A DNA stretch of 64,000 bases from assembly GCA_963668355.1 (NCBI GenBank), contig OY764265.1, positions 2,400,001 through 2,464,000 on the forward strand, written 5' to 3'. A model generated the notes under the pieces. That model worked only from the letters and a program-made list of their open reading frames with translations. It had not been told where the DNA came from and searched no databases. Positions 60,119 through 64,000 of the stretch are shown here, one piece after another. The translations under genes and the position numbers were made by a program. Source of the DNA: Bdellovibrionota bacterium. Lineage in GTDB: Bacteria > Bdellovibrionota_G > JALEGL01 > DATDPG01. Each line of letters opens with the position of its first letter. Position 1 is the first letter of the stretch.

Positions 60119-61310
60119 ACGTGTGGCCAACGTTCAGCCGTCTCCAACGCTCGCCCTTAATCAGAAAGCCAACGCCCTTCGAGCCGAAGGAAAATCCATC
60201 GTGAATTTAACGGCCGGGGAGCCCGACTTCGATACGCCCAAAAATATTTGTGATGCGGCCCAGCGAGCGATTCTCGAAGGAAAGACGCGGTATACGCCGT
60301 CGATGGGCATTCCGGCGTTGAAAGAGGCCATCATTCAAAAAATGGCCAAAGAGTATGATCGAAAGGTCTCCCTCTCCCAAGTAATGGTTACGACCGGAGC
60401 CAAGCAGGCTTTGTTTCATATTTGCCACGCCCTTTTGAACGAAGGGGATGAAGCCATTGTTTTGGCCCCTTACTGGGTTTCTTATCCGGACATGGTTAAG
60501 TTGGCTGGGGGGCATCCGGTATTCGTCACGTGTGAGGAGAAAAATGAATTTTCTCTGGACCTGGAAGCCATTGAACGGGCAATCACTTCCAAAACCCGTC
60601 TCCTGTTCATCAACAGTCCTGTAAACCCTTGTGGAGCCATGTATTCAAAAGCGGAGCTGGATAAGCTTCGAGGTCTCCTGGAGAAACACCCTCAGGTGAT
60701 GGTGATCTCCGATGACATTTACGAAAAGCTGATTTACGACGATTCATCGTTCTATTCCATGGCGATGATGGGGCAGTTTGCGGAGGAGAGAGTGATTCTT
60801 GTGAATGGCGTTTCCAAGTCTTATGCCATGACCGGTTGGCGCATTGGATATGCCGTTGGAAACGAAACGCTCATTCGGGCCATGAATATTCTCCAGTCAC
60901 AATCTACTTCGGGGGCCACATCCATTGCACAATGGGCGGCAGTGGAGGCCATTCAAGGAGATCAATCTGAAGTTGAGAACATGCGAAAGGAATTTGAAAA
61001 AAGACGAAATCTATTCTGTCGTCGATTGAGTGAAATTCCTAACGTTACTTGTTCAAAACCCAAAGGAGCTTTTTACACGTTTTTCAATGTGTCTTCCTAC
61101 CTGGGAAAAAAAGACCCGAAGGGCAAAACGCTGCAGAAAGACGTGGATCTGGCTGCGTATCTCTTGGATACAAAAGGTGTGGCTTTGGTTCCGGGCTCAG
61201 TCTTTGGGGCCCCTGGATTCCTAAGGGCCAGTTTTGCGACGAATGAAGAGCAACTTAACGAGGGCGCATCTCGAATTCTGGAAGGTCTGTCCGTTCTGGT
61301 TGACGCTTAA
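60105..61310 (+). CDS. Class I/II PLP aminotransferase (aspartate aminotransferase-like)
   Basis: 'GEPDF', 'GAKQAL', 'SKSYAMTGWRIGY'; start at ATG 60105. Confidence 0.93.
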   Translation: MELNKRVANVQPSPTLALNQKANALRAEGKSIVNLTAGEPDFDTPKNICDAAQRAILEGKTRYTPSMGIPALKEAIIQKMAKEYDRKVSLSQVMVTTGAKQALFHICHALLNEGDEAIVLAPYWVSYPDMVKLAGGHPVFVTCEEKNEFSLDLEAIERAITSKTRLLFINSPVNPCGAMYSKAELDKLRGLLEKHPQVMVISDDIYEKLIYDDSSFYSMAMMGQFAEERVILVNGVSKSYAMTGWRIGYAVGNETLIRAMNILQSQSTSGATSIAQWAAVEAIQGDQSEVENMRKEFEKRRNLFCRRLSEIPNVTCSKPKGAFYTFFNVSSYLGKKDPKGKTLQKDVDLAAYLLDTKGVALVPGSVFGAPGFLRASFATNEEQLNEGASRILEGLSVLVDA

Positions 61311-61352
61311 AACATTGCGGAGGAAACAAAATCCAGTCAGGATAGAAGGCAA

Positions 61353-61694
61353 ATGAGTTCAGGCGCAGAAAGAAGAGAGTTTCTTCGAATTCCCGTTGCC
61401 GCTCGTGTGAAGTTCCGAGATGGGGATCGGGAAGAAGTTTGGTTTAGTGAAGACATCAGTGAGGGAGGCCTCTTCTTAAAAGCGGACAATCCTCCGTTTA
61501 CGGGCACGCTTTTGGACCTAGAAATTTCACTCCCCTATGTAGATGAACTGGTCGAGGTGCGAGGTGAGGTGGTTTGGCGACATGAAGGCCGAGGCTGCGG
61601 CGTTCGCTTTGTGAAGTGTACGGCCAAAATGCGCGACTTTTTGAGGCTCTACCTGGAGCGCTCCGAAGATCATGAGGAAGAAGAAGACGAATAG
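61353..61694 (+). CDS. PilZ-domain protein
   Basis: RxxxR 'ERREFLR' and DxSxxG 'DISEGG', 'GEVVW', 'GVRF'. Confidence 0.9.
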   Translation: MSSGAERREFLRIPVAARVKFRDGDREEVWFSEDISEGGLFLKADNPPFTGTLLDLEISLPYVDELVEVRGEVVWRHEGRGCGVRFVKCTAKMRDFLRLYLERSEDHEEEEDE

Positions 61695-62023
61695 TCCTCT
61701 CCTAGAAACTCCTTTAAATTTTCATCCCAAAAAATTTGGTTCAAGGATTACTTGAAGTGAAAGTTTCATTCCTTCAGCTATCGCTTTTCAAGGCAAAATT
61801 CGTTGGATAATGCCTATGAGAGCGGATTCTCGGTCAATCTTCATGGAATCCATTGAATTGTAAGGATTCTGTAAAGATGTTTCGTTTTTGTTTAAAGATG
61901 GGGTTTTGAAAACGGATGGAAGGATGTTTCTAAGTGTTTGAAATATTGAAGCTCCCAAAAAAGTTCCAAAAGGATGTTTTTTAAATTTGTCTAAAGAGGC
62001 CGACTGCCCTAAAACCCATAATT

Positions 62024-63111
62024 GACAGGCGAGAGATCGCCGCGTACGGCACCGAAACGGTGCACGGCCTTCCGCTAGGAGGGTTCGGGTAAGTTGTTAA
62101 GAAGTTTTCTTTCTTTTGGCAACAGAGGAGAGGTTCTTCGCTGAAAAAATAGGTTTCAACTTGCCGAGAGCTCGAAAAGGTCGCGCAAGATTGTCGGTGA
62201 GGAAGGTCAGATGGGCTGGCGCCCTTTTCGGAGGGAGATCGCCAATCGACCAAAGAGGGATACCCTAGGATCCCGGAAGAAGGTTACGGTAACGTGGCCA
62301 TTTTCAAAGGATGAAAGGGGAGTTTTCGAGATAGGCACTTGAAAACATCTTTGGAAGAGGGAACGCCCAAGAGACCGGAAATCCCATGGAAGCCATGGCC
62401 TCGATCCGAGCTAAACCCTCGGAGGCATAAAGAGGTACAGCTGGCCGGGAGGGATAAAGCCGTTGGAGCACCGGTAACAGGCTGGAAGGTTTGTTAAGAA
62501 AGTGCCAGAACGGAAGAACTCTTGGAAACAGGAGATTCGATCCCCGGTTGGAATAAAGCTTCGAAGGGAGAAGCCCAGGAGCGTTGGGAGTTGAAAAAGA
62601 CTTCCAAGGTTTTAGGGAGCTTTAAATCCGTCGAAAGGGTAGCCAAACCCTAAGGACGGCACTTCCAGGGTGCAACGCAACGCACGTTGGACGCTTCGAA
62701 ATGGAGTGAAAAAAAGGGCTACTAAAACCGCAAATGCTGAAGGGTCGAGATGCTCGGCAAGGAGCTTTTTGATTTGGCTGAAAGGTCGACTTCGAGCCAG
62801 GAAATCGAGAAGCCGCGAGTACAGGGGCGAAGACGCTAAGGTGGCGTCGAAGAGTATGAGAGGACGAACTTATCTGATCGCGAGACAGGTGAGGGAGTCG
62901 GAAGCTGAAAACCCGAAGGTCCAGCGAAAAGTGAAAGGGCGAACGGGGAGGAAATAAGCCATACGTTTCCTAGGTTGTCCGGCAAAGTGACTCTGAAACT
63001 CACGAGAACCACGTAAGCGGAGAAAGAGGATTGGTAACGAGACCTTTTTCACCCTTGAACAAGCGTAAGCCTTGAAGGGCCAACCGTATAGTGAGTGTTC
63101 TGTCGTCTGTC
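62024..63111 (+). ncRNA. Candidate ~1.09 kb highly structured non-coding RNA, family not recognised
   Basis: 5'/3' closing helix (12 of 13 positions pair), more than 15 local hairpins including GNRA/UUCG loops, G-U pairs that work on the + strand, no credible ORF, downstream terminator. Confidence 0.78.
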
Positions 63112-63141
63112 GCTTAAATTGTTTTTGAAAACAATTGAATC

Positions 63142-63174
63142 CCGCCATAGCGTTAGCGACGGCGGATTTTTTTT
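63142..63174 (+). terminator. Intrinsic terminator after the candidate RNA
   Basis: CCGCC (63142-63146) / GGCGG (63161-63165) stem followed by A and T8; preceded by palindrome AATTGTTTT-TG-AAAACAATT (63117-63136). Confidence 0.7.
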
Positions 63175-63293
63175 GTCTCAATTTTGCGAAACGAAATTTT
63201 TCTTCCCCCACGTCACCATAAAACGAAACCCTCTTCTTCCTTTCTGCAAAAAGTTTACGCCTATTTTGGGGGCAGGTTTGATACGCTCGGGCC

Positions 63294-63695
63294 ATGAGTA
63301 CCCCCAAGCTCACCTTGCCTCGACGACTTAAGAAACTCGCTCAGGAGTTGCTAGGTAAACCCGATAAATTAAAGGAAGTTTTAGATTTAGCTGAGAACTC
63401 CGGCCAGGCGGCTAAGGGAAAGCTGTCTTCGGTTTTTGAAGATTTTAAAACCATGATTCGCCTTCTTCGTGCATGGAGACAGAAAGCGTATGTCGAAGTT
63501 CCCAAGAGGACGCTCCTGCGAATGCTGTTCTCCTTGCTTTATTTTCTGCTCATTGTGGATGGGATTCCGGACTTCATTCCTGGCATTGGTTTATTGGATG
63601 ACCTGACGGTGATCGGGTGGGTTCTCAAAGGGGTTCGCCAGGATCTTGAAGACTTCCTGTCTTGGGAGAGGCGTCAAAACTCTCAGGAAGATTGA
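63294..63695 (+). CDS. YkvA/DUF1232-family membrane protein
   Basis: 'LLYFLLIVDGIPDFIPGIGLLDD' signature. Confidence 0.9.
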   Translation: MSTPKLTLPRRLKKLAQELLGKPDKLKEVLDLAENSGQAAKGKLSSVFEDFKTMIRLLRAWRQKAYVEVPKRTLLRMLFSLLYFLLIVDGIPDFIPGIGLLDDLTVIGWVLKGVRQDLEDFLSWERRQNSQED

Positions 63696-63975
63696 TCTGG
63701 TCTTTCAACCTCTGAATTTCGGGAATGGGACCCAAAAGGTTTTGTGCGCGTTCAAGGGCTTCTTCAGCTTTCCATCGGTTTGCTGCTTGCCAATGAAGGG
63801 TGGCGCGAGCCAAGGAAAGATAGCCTTGCTCCTTCTTTGAAAATCGTTGGCTGGCTTCCAAGGCTTGAAAGGCGCGTTTGGAATTTCCCGAGGCCCATTC
63901 AAAAAACCCGAGGAGAAGCCGTTGGTTGGCGTTGAGTTGGTTTTGAGGCGAAAGTAAATGCGTGAGTCGTTTCAT
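63625..63975 (-). CDS. Hypothetical helical (TPR-like) protein, may extend beyond the window
   Basis: 116 aa ORF with a TPR-like 'AEEALERAQNL.G' segment; frame stays open to the window end. Confidence 0.5.
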   Translation of the reverse strand: MKRLTHLLSPQNQLNANQRLLLGFFEWASGNSKRAFQALEASQRFSKKEQGYLSLARATLHWQAANRWKAEEALERAQNLLGPIPEIQRLKDQINLPESFDASPKTGSLQDPGEPL

Positions 63976-64000
63976 ATGGGCGCCACACTCGGCCCAAAGA

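Noticed and set aside
61982..62005. Sigma28-like TAAA...GCCGAC promoter before the RNA
   Set aside because: Spacing is 13 bp against the usual 15, and the -10 is imperfect.
62190..62515. RNase P RNA-like snippets (GAGGAAGGTC, AAAGTGCCA) in the large RNA candidate
   Set aside because: The matches are partial, the 3' conserved ACAGAA..CGGCTTA element is absent, and the unit is far longer than a bacterial RNase P RNA.
62024..63111. Group II intron, tmRNA or rRNA identity for the structured region
   Set aside because: No GTGCG start or domain V motif, no interrupted host gene or RT, no tRNA-like CCA end, and no recognisable rRNA universal sequences.
61981..63331. Short ORFs 61981-62253, 62670-62957, 62870-63313 and 63095-63331
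   Set aside because: No recognisable domains, biased composition, and they overlap dense RNA helices; probably spurious.

Overview
Bacterial chromosomal window. The gene set (RomR-like regulator beside valS, Tad/Flp pilus parts, MJ0042-type zinc ribbon, PilZ) points to a Bdellovibrionota/Myxococcota-type organism; this is inference. Layout: (i) 0.1-27.9 kb surface-glycan locus with a flippase, a nonulosonic-acid pathway, two formyltransferases, a deacetylase, five radical SAM enzymes, several glycosyltransferases and galE/gmd/fcl, with very frequent strand switching; (ii) purS-purL-purF; (iii) Tad accessory genes and Flp-type pilins, each block behind a sigma54-type promoter; (iv) surE-pcm-LysM/M23; (v) a 10.4 kb island with an Xre/RES toxin-antitoxin pair and a complete type I-C CRISPR-Cas system (17 full repeats plus one degenerate); (vi) rmuC, birA, valS, romR-like, rsmD, coaD, aminotransferase, PilZ; (vii) a ~1.6 kb gene-free gap. 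Two features stand out. First, a candidate ~1.09 kb highly structured non-coding RNA (62024-63111) with a 5'/3' closing helix, many hairpins, a recurring internal motif and a terminator; I cannot assign it to a known family. Second, the TA+CRISPR island is bounded by an identical 31-bp direct-repeat core whose arms are swapped inverted repeats, an attL/attR-like geometry, with no recombinase in the island.
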